A DNA stretch of 64,000 nt, taken from the NCBI GenBank assembly GCA_001179505.1, contig CDMY01000268.1:77841-141840 (forward strand), in the 5' to 3' direction. Under the pieces are notes generated by a model. That model ran no database searches. It was given only the letters and a program-made list of their open reading frames with translations, and was not told the DNA's origin. This stretch comes from Vitrella brassicaformis CCMP3155. Taxonomy: Eukaryota; Protista; Chromerida. Position 1 is the first letter of the stretch; every line of letters starts with the position of its first letter. Shown here piece by piece: positions 39,593-52,172 of this stretch. The position numbers and the translations under genes are program-made.

Positions 39593-42500
39593 TCACACCA
39601 CAGTCAGCACCTCTATCTCGTCAGCCATGAAGTGCTCACTGCCCCCAAACACAGCATTGCCACGGTCATCCCTCACCCCCACATAGCCCTCAGGCACATA
39701 CTGCCTGGGAATCGACTGACGGCAGCTGCGCATATCATCAGCAGTGCCATATCCCAAACATAGGCACCCACCGATCCCATCTATCCTCAGCTTCCCCACT
39801 GTCCCCTCCCGCCCGGCCACATATACTAACCTCCTGTCATCCAGCATCTTGGTCGGCTTCTCGAAGTGGCCGCTCAGAGAGAAATCGTACACATAACAGG
39901 AGTAGTCGTTGTAGCCTTTTGGGTCGTGGGGCAGCTGGATGCCGGCACTCATATAGACGCCGAAGACGTACTTGTCCTTGCGGATGACGAACACCAGGCC
40001 CTTCGTGTCACCCACACACCTTAGGAAATCATCGAACGATGGCCCATCACGTGTGGCCCTGCACATAGAAAGGCGGGAGAGAGAGAGAGAGAGAGAGCGA
40101 TGGACGATATCAATGGTCCAGGACAACCGCACCTGTAAATGAGTTTCAGTCTGTCCACAGCTGTCCGTCCGACGAAGCGATAGAGTGCCGCCGACTGGAG
40201 CGGATCAAAATCTGCACCCTCCATCACCTGCAACGACAAACAACAGGACGTCGATGCCGCTCTCTCTTGCTAATGTGTGTGTGACCTTGAGTGAGAGCAG
40301 TGAACGGCCGTCGACACAAATCACCTCCACTTCATCGGCCATGAAGTACTCACTGCCCCCAAACACAGCATCGCCATACTCGTCCCTCACCCCCACATAG
40401 CCATCAGGCACAAGACATCCGGCGATGGACTGACGGCAGCTGCGCATATCAATAACAGCGCCACCCTCACATCCCAACCTCAGCCCATCGATCTCCAGCT
40501 TTCCCCCCCAATTCACTGTCCCGTCTCGCCCCGCCACCCACACAAAGATGCCACCCCCCATCTTTGTCGGTTCATTGAAGTGGCCGGCCAGTGAGAAATT
40601 CCTCACATGACAGCAGTATCCCTTCTCGCCTTTTGGGTCGTCGGGCAGCCGGATCCCGCCACTGATGAAGGCGCCGAAGACGTACTTGTCCTTGCGGATG
40701 ATGAACACCAGGCGGTTCGCATCGTCGACACACCGCAGCAAATCACCATACAGTGGCCCGTCACGCGAGGCCCTGTGAGTACGCGAAAAATGGAAGGGAC
40801 CAAATGCTGCTAATTGGAGTCCTTGTGTGTGCTGTGTGTCGCACCTGTACAGCAGAGAGAATTCACATTCGTCGAACACGGATGGGACGAAGAGGGAGCG
40901 GAGGGCTGCACACTCAGACTCACTCAGACTGCTGCCAACGACCATCTGCAAGCAACGAGAGAGGTGAAGAACTGGGCTGATTCATGCCAATGGAGATTCT
41001 CACTTGGGGATCATGCGACTGGTCATCCTCGTCTGTCGTGCTGCCAGTTGAGAGGGCCGTGGTGTCAGCCGCCGCACCGTCAGATATGCTTATGACGTCA
41101 CCATCGTCCTGATACAAGTGAATGAGGATATACGAATGAATTGCGGCCCTCTTTGTCTTAGCTGCCTGTTGTCTGTCTGACCTCTGGTATGTCACTGAGG
41201 CGATCGTCGGCAGTCACTGTGAACACAGACTTGACCGACGACCGAGACCACACCTGCACACACAAACTCACAATGCCTCCCCGTCTGTGTGGGTGTCCAT
41301 TTGATTGCAGTCCACTCACCACAGACGGCGGCCCCTCTCGGTGGCTGCGATTCTCATCCTTGTGGATCTTGGCTGGCGGCCTCTCGTTGGTCAGTCGACT
41401 CTCTGACGGTACCATCTGCACGGCAACAGGGACAGATCAAACAAGGCGCTTGTTCGCCAGCACATGAGTGTGCCCTGTGGTTTGCCTACGCTCATGGTGT
41501 TTCTCCCTGATGTTTGCGATTGCTGGTCGAGCGGGATATCAGTGGATTGCTGGTGCTGCTCGCAGTTGCTGTTGTGGTCGAAGGTGACAATGGCGCACGG
41601 GAACCATCGGGCGTGTCCGGCGTGGGCGCCCTTGATGCAAGTGCCGTACATCCAGCCCTTGCTGCCGCGGCTGTCCGTGTGCGTCACAGACACTCGGTCA
41701 CCGCAGCTCAGCAGCAGCAAGGCAGACTGACAGCCCTCCGGGTGAGAAGGGGGGTAAAAATCTGAGCACACAACCAAACACACAACAACGTGTCGTGTGT
41801 GACATCCATCTTTGTGTGCAGCCAGCCGCACCTTCTGTGACGGTGCCGATGGCGGGTCTGGTCAGCTCGCACGGTGTCGGTGGCGCACTGTCGTCATGCT
41901 GTCCTGCGGGCTTGTGGCGGCTCGCAGGAAACGGGCTACGAAGACACACACACACACGCACACACGTGTTGCTCAGGTGATGTCCGTACCTCTCGTTGGT
42001 CAATCGGCTCTCTGAGGGTGTCATCTGAACAACGTAAGGGACAATCAAATCAGCTACCGGTCCGCCAGATAGATGAGCACTGTTGGTTTGCTTACGCTCA
42101 TAGTGTTTCGCCCCGAGTGCAGCGACTGCTGGTCCAGCGGTCGATCGCTGACAGCAGCAGCATCGTCGTCTGGTGGGTAGATGGCGGTCTGCAATCAACA
42201 CAGCAGACACAAAGGCCATTTCTGCCGCAGCGTCAGCTCGGCGTCACTGACCGGTCCAATGAAGCCATCCGCCAGCCGAAGTGCATCAGCAGCCGACTGG
42301 TGAGTGAGGGGCCTGGGTGGGGGATGGGGGTGGGGCGGAGGTATTGGGGAAGGGGGATGGGCACTGGCGGCAGCAGCTGCGGCAGGCACATGAGCCTCTT
42401 GTGTCGAGTACTGCGATTGCCGGTGCAGCGATCGATCACCGTCAGCGGCCGGTGGGATCTGCAGCCTATCGTTAGGACGACGGCCGATGAACCCATCTGC

Positions 42501-45112
42501 CACTCGCACCGCAGCGGACTCGTCAACCACTTGGCCCTGCAGGACAGCACAGGAGAAACACACGTGCCGACAGAGCGCATCGTCTGACGTCCTACCTGCT
42601 GATCGCTGAGTCTTTCGCGGCTTGCTAGCGGTGCTGGGTCAGACTCAGTGCTCTGCGAGAAGAGAAACACACTACACTGGTTCAGCATGTGGGTGTGTTG
42701 GGCGCACCTGTCTGCTCAGTTTGTTCACGTTGGAAAGCTCCCCCTGTGTTGGCTGGTTGATGAGGGGAACGGGCAGAGGGTGGGGGTGGGGCGGATGCAC
42801 TGGGGAAGGGGAAGGGGCTGCTGGCGCAGTTGCTGCCGCAGCAGGCGCCTCTTCTGCGGCCTGAAAGAAGCACCAGATGGAGAGTGCCTTTAGTTCTGTT
42901 TTGTCTCTCACCGATGTGTGAGGTCCAGGTATGGCGTTGCTCCCAAAACGGACCCTTTCACTGATGTCATTGGCAAGAAGACGCACCTGCGGGAGGCAGA
43001 CAGGTGTGATCAGATACACATCAACCACACGTCAGACACACTTACGGTATCGCTCTGTGACGCATCAGCATGAAGGGCATCCAGCTGGGGGGCCAGCAGC
43101 ACAGCATCCTGATTGCCACAGACCATTCACATCCTCGCCCCTGCCTCTGCGTGCGTGTGGTTGTGTCAACGGCCAACCTCTTCTGGGATGACAGATCCCT
43201 CGTTGAGGCCTGCACGAACCGCGAGCAGGACGTCTTCAAGCGTCTGCTGGATGGACAGACACAAGCCATACACAAACAGGCGAGCTGCTCTCTTATCACA
43301 ATACCTCTGGTGGATGCACGGCCGCCAGTGTGTCAGCTCCGCGCACTGCATGTATCCCTTCCTGGGCAGCCGGCTGGCCCACCGACTAAACGCAAAAGCA
43401 TAGCACGCTCATGCCAGCGGCTTAGCGTCCGATGCACGCAGTGTTTGCCTACCGCCATCCCGTCGGTGCCATTGGTGCCTGCTGCAGCTGCAGCGGCAGC
43501 AGACTGGTGGGTGAGAGGAATGGGCATGTGCAGGTCCGGTTGGTGGGTAAGATGAAGGGGATGCATCGGGGGATAGAAAGACGCTGCTGCCGCAGCCGAC
43601 ACAGATTGCCCGTCTTCGCGGCTCTGACAACCGCACAAAATATGTGTTCAGAACACAAGAAGACGAGTATGATGTGTCGATTTCTTGTCACCTGATCGGT
43701 TTGCTTCAACGCGCCTTGCGTGTCATCCGATGCGTCGGCTCCGCGCAGTGTGTGGATCCCTTCTTGCGGGAGAGCGTTGAAGTGTTGCTCGCCTATCATG
43801 CCGTCGGTGTCAATCGGGGGAGCGGGGAGGGCACTTGCGGCAGCGGCAGCAGCAGCGAGAGGCTGATCGGTCAAAGTAACACTCTGGACAACAGGCCAAG
43901 GCGACAGAGTGGCACTCGACCGTCAACTCATCCCCCGTCTGTGTGCTGTCTTTCCCACCTGGTTATATCTCTTCTTGACGCCACTGATCCACGTGTCGCT
44001 CGCCTTGAAGCCACTGATGCCCAGACGCCCGGCGATCTCCAGCGCCTCACGGCGAATGTGCTCCACGGGGATCCTGGTCGGGTCCTCATGGCCGGCCATC
44101 CACTGGCGCAGCTCGGCCTCGATCGGCTGATAGGGCGATTGTCTGATGCGCTTCTTTGCCTTGTCGATGGCGTCTTGTGCCTCGCTGCCGGCTGTCGAGC
44201 GAGAGCGCCAGTGCTTGAACTGGCTGAGAGTGATGCCCTTCTCGAGAGCGAAGGCCAGCTGGGTCAGCTTCTCTCCCTGTGCCCTCCGGCTGTCGAACTC
44301 GGCCAGCAGCGCCTCCCTCTCGCCGATCGCCACTTCCTTTGTCGATCTCTGTCGCCGCGGGGGCGGAAGGGATGACGCCCGCTGCCTCAGCGATCCCTCT
44401 GTTGGAAGAATGGGCGGAGGCGCACCAGCCATGAGTGGGTCGACGAAGGGGAGCTGGCCGTATGAGCAAGAAGGCTGCATTGAGAGGGGGACATTGGCCA
44501 GCGAGGGAAATGGGTAGCCGGCAGGAGGGAATGCTGCGAGGTGGTCCGGTGGGGGGAATGAAGGGGGAGCGGCGGGATGACCAAACGGCCATTGGGCTGC
44601 TGGTGGGTGAGTGTCCGGTAGTGGAAGTGAAAAATGATGGCTCGACGGCTGAAGGAAGCAGACAGAGACGTGACAAAAGGTGGAATGCAGTGAGGCACTC
44701 GCCCTCTGTCTCCTGCTCACCTGTGGCATTTCACGTCCATCGGTTTGCCCATCTGGCTGCAGCGATTCACTGACTGCCTCTCCTCTGCTGACGGCCGGAA
44801 CACCTCGCTGGAGCAGATTGCCCTCACTCAGACCAGCTGCAAAGACAGCACACAAGGTGGTGGGTGGGTGTTCATTCTTTGTCTGCCCACCTGAGTCAGA
44901 ATCATCGTGTGCAGGTGCGCCCTGCTGGTGCATCGGCGCTTGCTGCAGCGAAGAGAAAAGACACTCAATGAAGCAGTCTGCTCACTGCTTGTCAGTGTGA
45001 TGTGATTCACCACCTGGGCAGCGCTGCCATGAGTCACACGGTCAGCACCACCCAGTGCTTCACTCGGCCCACTCGGCTGCTGCTCGTCCGATGAGTAATG
45101 CTGATCTGCCAT
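39593..45112 (-). CDS. CENP-B/pogo-type double HTH + expanded linker + 2x TLDc protein, copy C
   Basis: Start MADQHYSSDEQQ (45112). Pro-rich/HTH exon 43959-44648 (EVAIGEREALLAEFD..FKASDTWISGVKKRYNQ). Linker has internally duplicated exons. TLDc domains at ~40260-40950 and 39593-40240. Confidence 0.72.
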
Positions 45113-45370
45113 GAGTGACTGTCACGGTGGCAGACGCTCTGAAATGCAGAGCCGCCTATAGCGCCTTTTCGTAAAGGGCCTCTCGACCAGGTCGATCAGT
45201 TCGTATTTTCCTTCGCAGCTGAGCTGAATGGGCGATGTCTGGGCGGTCCCTGCAACACACAAGGCAGAGAGAGGCTCACAGAAGGGATCATGCCGAGATC
45301 GGGTGTTGTAAGCTCGCAGATCTGGCAAGGGTGCTCCCTCACCGGTCTCTCTGCCACAAGGCTCGGCGTG

Positions 45371-46791
45371 ATGGCTGCGGCTGGCGGCGCTGATCATGAT
45401 CATCTGCACTGCGGGATCTGCACCAGTCACTTGACAAGAAGTGGAAAGCACGAACCTCGGCAGCTCAGATGCGGTGAGTGAGTCAAGCATTGGGCGGGGA
45501 GAGGGCACGGAGCGCTGAGTGGCTCATGTGGTCTGCTTGCTCTGTGTGTTTTCCCGCAGGCCATTCTTTCTGCGCAGATGTAAGAAGCAGAGAGGCAGCT
45601 GCTGTTGCAGCCTCAGATCTGATGTCTGTATGATGTGTGTGTGTGTCAGTGTATCGGTGACCTCTGCCGTCATGCCGCCAACAACACCATCGCATGCCCA
45701 AACCGATGCGGGTGAGGGAGACCGACACGCCTGATGCCCAAACCAGTCATCACATGTGTTCTGGGTTTTTGTTGATCACTCTCAGGGTGACCACTTCTGC
45801 CACCACCGAGGAGGTGCCCAAGAACTACCCCCTGGCGGCCGCAGTCGAGGCGAAAGAACACCAAAGTACACACAGACATCCGCACGCGCACATACACGTG
45901 ACACACGTACGACAGACTGCATGTGTGTGTGTGTAGGCCGTCAGCAGTTGGCTCTTCTCCACAAGTGCGCCACCGCTGCCCACTCATTGACACCGCCGGA
46001 GGTGGCGCAGGTGATGCTGATGTGCGGCCTCTCACACGCGATGGACACTCTGCCGAACATGCGCAGTCGTCTGCACGGCCACCTGACGGTAAGTGAGACC
46101 GACACACTCACACACGCCATCGATCAGCTGTATCTCCCCGTCTGTGTGTGGTCTGCAGTCGTTGGTTGAGGGCAGTACGGTCACCAGGCTGCACGAAATG
46201 TTTATCACCAAGTGGGCCAATGCGGGCAGCAAGTCACTCCGGCTGATCTACCGGTACAGCTGATGTCAACAACGTGGCCGACGGATGAAGCCATTGCATC
46301 TCTCTGCATGTGTGTGTGCCATTAGATCAACGCGTGATGGGCCGTCGTTCGATGATTTCCTGAGGTGTGTGGGTGACACGAAGGGCCTGGTGTTTCTCAT
46401 CCGCAAGGACAAGTGCGTCTTCGGCGCCTTCATCAGTGCCGGCCTGCAGCTGCCCGACAACCCAAGAGGCGAGAACAGATGCGACTGCAATGTGTGTCAT
46501 TTCTCTCTGGCGGGCCACTTTAATGAACCGACCAAGTGGCGGGAATGCAGGCAGTCAGTGTGGGTGGCCGGGCGGGAGGGGACAGCGATTGGGGCGAATC
46601 TGTGGATCGGTGGGTGGCTGTGGTTGGGCTACGAGGATGGCGCTGCTGCTGATATGCGCAGCTGCTGTTATCTCACCCCCAGCCGTTATGTGCCTGATGG
46701 CTATGTGGGGGCGAGAGAGCATGGCGATGCTGTGCTTGGGGGCAGTCAGTTCTTCATGGCCGATGAGGTGGAGGTGCTGACTGTGGTGTGA
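45371..46791 (+). CDS. RING finger (C3HC4) + TLDc protein, putative E3 ligase
   Basis: Exons 45371-45473, 45560-45579, 45650-45711, 45786-45865, 45937-46088, 46159-46253 and 46326-46791 splice in frame to MAAAGGADHDHLH-CGIC-TSHLTRSGKHEPRQLR-CGH-SF-CADC-IGDLCRHAANNTIA-CPNRC-GVTT..PKNYPL.. then SLVEGS..LIYR|STRDGPSFDDFLRCVGD..ADEVEVLTVV-stop. Confidence 0.85.
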
Positions 46792-47803
46792 CAGTGAGCT
46801 GCAGGTCAGATTGATTGATTGATTGAGTGACGCATGTCGTTTCTTGAGGTGTGTGCGGCTTTTATGAGGCCTCTTTTTCTCCCTCCGTGTCTGTCTGCGT
46901 CATCTATGTGTTGTGGTGCAGCCAAACAGTGGATGACACTGTGTGTCAGTGAGACACCTATCAGACGAGAGCCACATGGTGTGGGTCTGTTTGTACTTCG
47001 ATCATGGCCTATATAGCCCCAATGTCCCGGAGGTGTCGTTCTCTGTGTGTTGTTTGCAGATCAGCCTCTGCTCGTATCTGTGTCTGTGCGTTGGTGTGTC
47101 TGATGCGGTGTCGCCTTTAGCAGTGGCCAGCCAGGATGCGACTCAGGCATGACTGTCTATGTGAAGTAGTGCAAGTATGTGTGTCTGCTCCTGTGCACTC
47201 AAAGACCTGACGACCGACTCGTGTGTCTGTCATGAATTATCGATCGTTCCATCCACACCGACTGAACAACACACCCTACACAGTCGGGTTTCCTTTTCTC
47301 AGGCAGTCTGCATCTGGATCGTGTCTCGCCGTCGTCAGGAGTATTCAACAGCCTCTTTCCCTCCGCAAGAGGCCGCACTCTCTCTCCTTCGATGTAGACT
47401 GGCGTGTCTCTCTGCATTTTGTCTGGTGAAGGTATCAAGCAGGAGACAGAGAGACAGACGGACAGACGGACAGACGGACAGACGGACGGCGAGGAAGGGA
47501 GGGAGGGAGAGAGAGAGAGAAGTACACAGACAGCATATTCAAGGCAAGGTATGACGACCAATGGTCTGCCGCGCCAAGTCAGTGAGTCACACAGAGATTT
47601 ACAGATCGATAGACATACATACATGTCGATTGACGACCGATTGTATACGTACATCAGATTGACTGACAGCCGTATGTCTCTCAGAAACACACAGGACCGA
47701 CAAACGATCAAAGAACAAAGAGGCAGCATAGCCCCAACACCCTATGGGCCACAACACCAGCCACAACTTGTCACTCCCCTACGCGAATGGGGCGATCAGG
47801 TAG

Positions 47804-49358
47804 TCAAGTCGATTGCCCTCCCCCCGTGCCAACACTGCTGCCATCTTCTGCTGCTTGGGCTGTGAGCGCCGTCGTCGCGCTCGCAGCGGCAGCAGCTGCA
47901 CTAGCGCTCCTCACAGCCTTCCGCCAATAGAGGAAATACCAGGTGGCCAGAGCACCCAGCAAAGTGACGGCAATCCCCCCGCCCAACAAGGCCCATCGGC
48001 GCCATTCCGGCGTACCCTCATCGGAACTCCCACTCCCAGCCTGTGCTGTGGGAGCCGCTGAAATGAAAGACAGACAGCACACACACGTGTCTCTGAATCA
48101 GTCCATAGATAAGTGGGTGTGTGTTTGTGTGCTCGACGGACTTACAGGCTCGTGCCTCGTCCGAAATGCCGTCACCCGGTGCGATGGTGGGGGTGACGGC
48201 AGGAGGGCCTGTGGGTGGCTGCGCGATCGGCTTAGAGGGAGGGGGGGCTGAGGGGGCAGGGGGGACACTCGGACGGATCCCCTCCTCTGGCACGACCTCC
48301 GTCGGTGGAAGGAACTTCTCCTCCTCCTTTGCGGGAGGAAAAGTGGCCGGGGGAGCGGCTGTGGTTGTGCTCATTTCGACGCTTTCTTGTGTTGGCTGTG
48401 TGGTCTCGATTGGCGGCTCGGTGGTTGCGCGAAGGCCTGGAGGGGTGGTGAGAGGCGCGCTGGTCTCATTCGCCTTCAGGATCTAATCAACAACAAGAGA
48501 AGAGTTTCCTGTCCTCTGCTCTGTGTGTGTTGGGCGGAGGCGGCTCTCTGTTTTCAGCTCTCTCTCTCTTTCTTTCTGTATGTGTGTGCGTGTGAGTGTC
48601 CTTTTCGTCTGCGTACCAAATCGGGTGGCTGCGTGTCTGTCGGTGGCAGCGTCGGCAGCCTCGGAACGAATCCCTCGCCAGGATCCACCACACCAGGATC
48701 GATATTCTCCTCAGGAAGCTCCCCTTCCCCGCCCTCCCCACCCTCCCCAGGCCATCCGGGAGGATACTGTGTGTCGGTCTCGTTGTTTTCAGCCTCCTTC
48801 CATGTCTCCTCTGGGTCGTATGTGTTGTCTGGCGGGATCTCGGGCGCCTTCGTGGGGTCGGCTGGCGACTCGCACACAAAACAGGGGAGCCGGGCGCCGG
48901 GCACGCCCCAACACGACTGGGCACCCCACCTACACACACACACACACACACACAGAGAGAGAGAGGCAGAGACACGCAGACAGCCGGAGAGACATAGAGG
49001 CATTTCACCGAAAGGAAGACGCAGAAGGAGAGCAATCGGTGTGTGTTGCGAGGTCATTTGGGAGGGCTTATTACCCGTCGGTCCGGATGGTGACGCATTT
49101 CTCCTGTGGGGGCAGGATCCGCCAGATGAGGGCCAGCTCCTCGCCCCAATTGAGATAATTCGTCTCGTCCAAAGTGGCAGTGCTGTCCACCCATCGCCTG
49201 AGACACAAACAGAGAGACAGATAGACAGACAGACACACAGACAGACTGAGAGGGAGATCATCTGTCCACGTGTGAAACGAAATACATTGCGTGAATCTTT
49301 CCCCCCTCCCTCCCTCTCTGTGTGTGTCTCTCACTGTCAATCACACTGTCTGTCCCCC

Positions 49359-49392
<34 letters not shown>

Positions 49393-49881
49393 CATCACTG
49401 AGTACCATCCAGCCTTTGAAATGGGCAGTCTGTATTTCCGCAGGCCAATCCAGCACTCACTGCCCATCTTCAGCGCCTCCTCCAGCACCACAAAGTTCTC
49501 ATATTCGTCCCGTATGGTCGCCAGGCTGCTGCCCTTGTCGCCCACGTCCATGCAGATCCGATTGGCCTCGGTCCAGGTTTTGCCGCCCAGTAGCCCCAGT
49601 GGGTCGCGGTCGCCCATTTGGTAGAAGAATGACTTGTAGCATCCCTCTCCTGCCTGGGTCCAGGAGGTGTCGGGGCAGCCAAACACTGCTGCATGCGACG
49701 ACAAACCGGAGAGGCAAAAAGAAAAGTGTGTGTAGATGGGTGCCAGAGAGATGGGCGGTAGAGGAAAGGCCCCACGAGGGCCAATCGCATAGCAATACGC
49801 ACACAGTGGTGTTTTCTCACCATGAGGGCCTCTCCATATGGACACGAGGAGCACCACAGCCGTCAGCTGCACTACCGACAT
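47804..49881 (-). CDS. Type I membrane protein: signal peptide, C-type lectin domain, Pro/Thr/Glu mucin-like stalk, TM helix, short tail
   Basis: MSVVQLTAVVLLVSIW leader. CTLD motif CPDTSWTQAGEGCYKSF..KTWTEANRIC..SLATI..EN..ECWIGL..W..NW..CV..W..C..CFVCE. Stalk TTPPGLRATTEPPIETTQPT. TM WALLGGGIAVTLLGALATWYFLYW followed by RK. Confidence 0.85.
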
Positions 49882-50499
49882 CGAGAGGAAAGGAGCAGAA
49901 GGAAGTACGGATGCGCGCTTAGCTCAAGGCCCCGCTTTGCCCCCATTCGATTGATCTTTCGCTGTGGCTGCTGGCTGCACACATGTGTGCAGGTGAACGA
50001 GGCTCAGACCATCTGCCGTTGAATGACTCATTGCAGATGAGAATGTGTCTTGTGTCTTGTGTCCTTCCTTCGTGCATGGTTGTTCACATCCGTGCAGCCC
50101 TGGCATGCGATGAGAGCAGTGAGCAGCATGGCAGCTGCTCACGTCTGATGGCACACCGAGACCTCACGGATGCATGTGGCCACACACACAGATACTGACA
50201 GTGACAACCACATACACACACAACACAACTCACCTGCAACTCACATCCATCCATCCAGCCAGCCAGCCATCCAGCCACGTCGATCTTTTCTCTCTCTTCC
50301 CCTCACTATCTCTCTACTATGTCATTGGTCGTGTTGTGTGTGGCGTAGCGCACCGATAGGCACACCCGGCCGCAACGCAGATCTTGTCACCAGCACATTT
50401 GGTGACAAGAGATGCGTTCCGGCTCCGAGTGGTATCGGTAACGCTACGCACCACACACACTCACCCGACGCTCACAAGTACATCATGGCCATAGAAAAC

Positions 50500-51504
50500 A
50501 CACTGATCGAAGGAGGGCCATAGAAGTGCGTACACGTGTGTGTCATCCCTTCGTGTGCCGCCGCAGACGTCAGCGTCTTCAGCACGATTGGTCACGAGCA
50601 GCGGGTCCGCTGCTGAGAGCTAATCGCGTAGCGAGAGCTGACGAATGCGATCGACACGAAGTGCACACACTGGACAAGGGATGCGACGCGAAAAAACTCA
50701 CACAAGAGTGGCATTTGGCTTTGTGTGTCCGCCTCTCTCCTCTCTCTATGTACAGATACAGATACACACACACGGACTCAGCTTACATACACAAATGGAT
50801 GGCCATGATCACACGAGGCAAAAAATACACACACCGGTCGGCCGGGCAATTCACTCCACAAGAGGCCGACGTATCGACGGAAAAATATCACCGTCTGTCT
50901 GCCAGGCACCCACCCGCATTTGTACTGTACAGCTGATAAGACACTAGCCACATGGCTGCTATCGCTTTCTCTGGCGTCCGCCTGAACCCCCCACACACAC
51001 AGACAGGCAGGCAGAGATATGGAGGAATGCGCGTGAATGTGTGTGTACGGTATGCCCCATCCATCCCCCTGCTCACGTGTGGGCTCAGATGCTGGCGGCC
51101 TCGCGCTGTCCGAACCCACTGAACACACAGAGACAGACAGACAGACAAGGACAGCACACGAGTATGAGAGCGCATGTACTGAGTGCGTGGTGCTTGCCTT
51201 GTGTCATGCGGCGATCTTTTGCGTCTTGGACTGACAGACACAGACGCAGACACAGAGAGGGAATCACACCACTATGGCGTGTGTGTGTGTGTGTGCGTGT
51301 GCCGGCACACCTCTGTTCTCTCTGGTCGGCGGTGTGAATGATACGTGGAGATCATGTCGGTATATCCCACCTGTGGACACACACGCGCATCTACTTCGCG
51401 AGCGTGGTGCCATGCCCTCCCTGTGCGCGTGTGGCACCTGTCCCATCAGCAGCGGTCAGCGCCACGAGGACCACCACAATCAGCAGAATGAACAACCAAC
51501 GCAT
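50500..51504 (-). CDS. Putative small secreted protein; 3' structure unresolved
   Basis: MRWLFILLIVVVLVALTAADGT signal-like first exon (ATG 51504) followed by a GT donor and short candidate exons. The 3' coordinate is approximate. Confidence 0.35.
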
Positions 51505-51723
51505 CTTCTCCTGACACACCACAACAGAACACAACACGCACACCACAATGTAGGCATCACGGATCACCCAATGTAGGCATGCTCATTAGTATGGGTTCGT
51601 TACCTTCTGTGTTCAGCTTGGAAGGTGTTGAGGAAATGATGTGTCGGCCCGCAGATGGATAACCTCGGCTATAGCCTAATTGGTTTCTCAATTGGTTTCG
51701 CAACAGAAGGCCGATAGACCTGT

Positions 51724-51947
51724 GTGGGGCTATAGGGTAACAAACCCTTTGACCCCTCGTCAAACCCTCCGGCTCTTTCGGTGCGGTGCGCAGCCCTCCT
51801 GACGGCTGTGCTGTGTGCTGAGATCTGTCGTCCTTTGGCGTCCACTTTGCCTTAATTGTCAGCTGAGGTCGGCGACACAGACGCACACACACGTGGCGAG
51901 TCAGTCAGGTCAGACAGTGAGGGAGGGACGCCTCGAGCATCGCCATG
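51724..51947 (+). repeat. ~220 bp dispersed repeat, copy 1, ending at ATG 51945
   Basis: gtggggctatagggtaacaaaccctttgacccctcgtc...ctcgagcatcgccATG; near-identical to 56801-57026. Confidence 0.9.
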
Positions 51948-52132
51948 ATGTCAGACGGCCGCTCTGCTCTGTGTGCTGTGGTGTGCTGTGCTGCAGATGT
52001 CTGCCTGTTGAGTGGTGTCGCGGCCGTCCGTCATGACGACAGACAGACAGACACTGCTGCAGCTGAGGGCGCCGAGGTGACTTACCGCCGACTGCACATC
52101 GAACACCGCAGCGGTGCGCAGGCAGACAGACA

Positions 52133-52172
<40 letters not shown>

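Noticed and set aside
45122-45508. 128-aa minus-strand ORF upstream of copy C
   Set aside because: Overlaps the RING exon on the opposite strand and has no recognisable motif.
51590-51900. Possible snRNA/snoRNA (CCTTCTGT/ACAGAAGG inverted repeat, C/D-box-like words)
   Set aside because: No match to U1/U2/U4/U5/U6, 5S or SRP motifs I can recognise, and the box motifs are weak. An Infernal/Rfam scan would settle it.
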